A DNA stretch of 64,000 bases from Thermoanaerobaculia bacterium (GTDB lineage Bacteria; Acidobacteriota; Thermoanaerobaculia; Multivoradales; JAHEKO01): assembly GCA_947259925.1 (NCBI GenBank), contig CAMYOG010000042.1:15221-79220 (forward strand), given 5' to 3'. Under the pieces are notes generated by a model. That model was not told the origin of the DNA. It did no database searches and saw nothing but the letters and a program-made list of their open reading frames with translations. Below, in pieces: positions 63,107-64,000 of this stretch. Every line of letters begins with the position of its first letter. The first letter of the stretch is position 1. The translations under genes were made by a program, and so were the position numbers.

Positions 63107-64000
63107 TCACTTCCCTGTCCCCGAGTCCTTCTTCGGGGGCTTACCGGCGAGGTACTGGCCGGGCCAGGTCTGGTCGGGGTAGCCGTAGTCCGACGCGGCG
63201 GTCAAGGTCAGATACGGCTCGCGCAGGTGCGGGCGCGCCATCACCGCCAGGTCGGCCCGGCCGGCGGCCAGGACGGTGTTGGCGTGGTCGGCGCCCAGGA
63301 GCGCACCAACCGCGGCGACCGGGATGCCCGCCTCGTGGCGGATCTTCTCGGCGAACGGCACCTGGTACATCCGGCCGTAGAGCGGCTCGGAGTCGGGCGA
63401 GTTGCCGGCCGAGGAGACGTCCAGGATGTCGCATCCCTCGGTCTGGAGGAGCCGCGCGAGCTCGACCGACTCTGCGACCGTGACGCCGGTACCGTCGTCC
63501 ATCCAGTCGGTGGCCGAGATCCGCACCGACATCGGCCTGGTCTCCGGCCAGGCATCGCGCATCGCTCGAAAGACCTCCAGCGGATAGCGCATCCGATTCT
63601 CGAGACTGCCGCCGTATTCGTCGGAGCGCCGGTTGGAGAGCGGCGAGATGAAGCTCGACAGCAGGTAGCCGTGCGCCATGTGGAGCTCGATCATGTCGAA
63701 GCCGGCGTCCTCCGCGAACCGTGTCGCCCGGACGAAGGCGTCGCGCACCCGGTCCATGTCGCCGCGGGTCATCTCGCGCGGCGTCGGCCAGTCGGGCCGG
63801 AACGGCAGCGCCGACGGCGCCAACGTCTCCCAGGCGCCTTCGTCCGCGGTCAGCGGCACGTCGTCCCCGTGCCACGGGTGACGGACCGAGCCCTTGCGGC
63901 CGGCGTGGGCGAGCTGGATCGCGATCTTCGCGGGCGAGCGCTCGTGGACGAAGTCGACGATCCGCTTCCAGGCGGCGGCGTGCTCGGCCGAGTACATGCC
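63107..64000 (-). CDS. NADH:flavin oxidoreductase, Old Yellow Enzyme family; C-terminal part, gene continues past the window end
   Basis: OYE TIM-barrel conservation (HAGRKGS, GFDMIELHMAHGYLLSSFISPLSNRRSDEYGGSLENR). Read-through upstream of the track's internal Met shows the true start is outside the window. Confidence 0.75.
   Translation of the reverse strand, partial: GMYSAEHAAAWKRIVDFVHERSPAKIAIQLAHAGRKGSVRHPWHGDDVPLTADEGAWETLAPSALPFRPDWPTPREMTRGDMDRVRDAFVRATRFAEDAGFDMIELHMAHGYLLSSFISPLSNRRSDEYGGSLENRMRYPLEVFRAMRDAWPETRPMSVRISATDWMDDGTGVTVAESVELARLLQTEGCDILDVSSAGNSPDSEPLYGRMYQVPFAEKIRHEAGIPVAAVGALLGADHANTVLAAGRADLAVMARPHLREPYLTLTAASDYGYPDQTWPGQYLAGKPPKKDSGTGK

Overview
This is a 64 kb window of a high-GC (about 70%) bacterial chromosome with dense coding on both strands and many 1-4 nt start/stop overlaps (ATGA, GTGA, TTGA). 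Its content is dominated by aerobic respiratory-chain modules. The first is an aa3-type cytochrome c oxidase cluster (coxA-coxC-coxD, two tiny membrane ORFs, coxB; 20.7-24.6 kb). The second is a Rieske/split cytochrome b complex operon that continues into a 977-aa membrane-anchored octaheme cytochrome c with a long coiled coil, a cupredoxin lipoprotein, and heme A/heme O synthases (30.0-38.3 kb). The third is a complete alternative complex III (actABCDEF plus a small G-like ORF), then SCO1, then a caa3-type oxidase coxBACD (44.8-57.0 kb). Other recognisable content: a sulfur-carrier operon (rhomboid, JAMM/Mov34, MoeZ-rhodanese, MA-clan peptidase) convergent with a MoaD-MoaE fusion gene; xseA/xseB; tag; a trans-sulfuration PLP enzyme; an HMG-CoA-synthase-like gene; an orphan ParA divergent from a PspA/IM30 plus polytopic membrane protein pair; two VWA-domain secreted proteins of an Acidobacteria-like type; a DUF11-repeat surface protein; and a benzoate-CoA-ligase / hotdog thioesterase / malic enzyme / OYE block. 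I found no rRNA, tRNA, CRISPR, integrase or transposase. The most unusual non-coding signal is two families of short terminal-inverted-repeat (MITE/REP-like) elements, two copies each, sharing a GACAGG core. They sit exactly at gene boundaries and donate stop codons, C-terminal residues and one start codon to flanking genes. All functional calls are by-eye motif and family recognition without database searches. Coordinates I derived myself may be off by +/-1 to 3 nt, and the lineage guess (Acidobacteria-like) is inference only.
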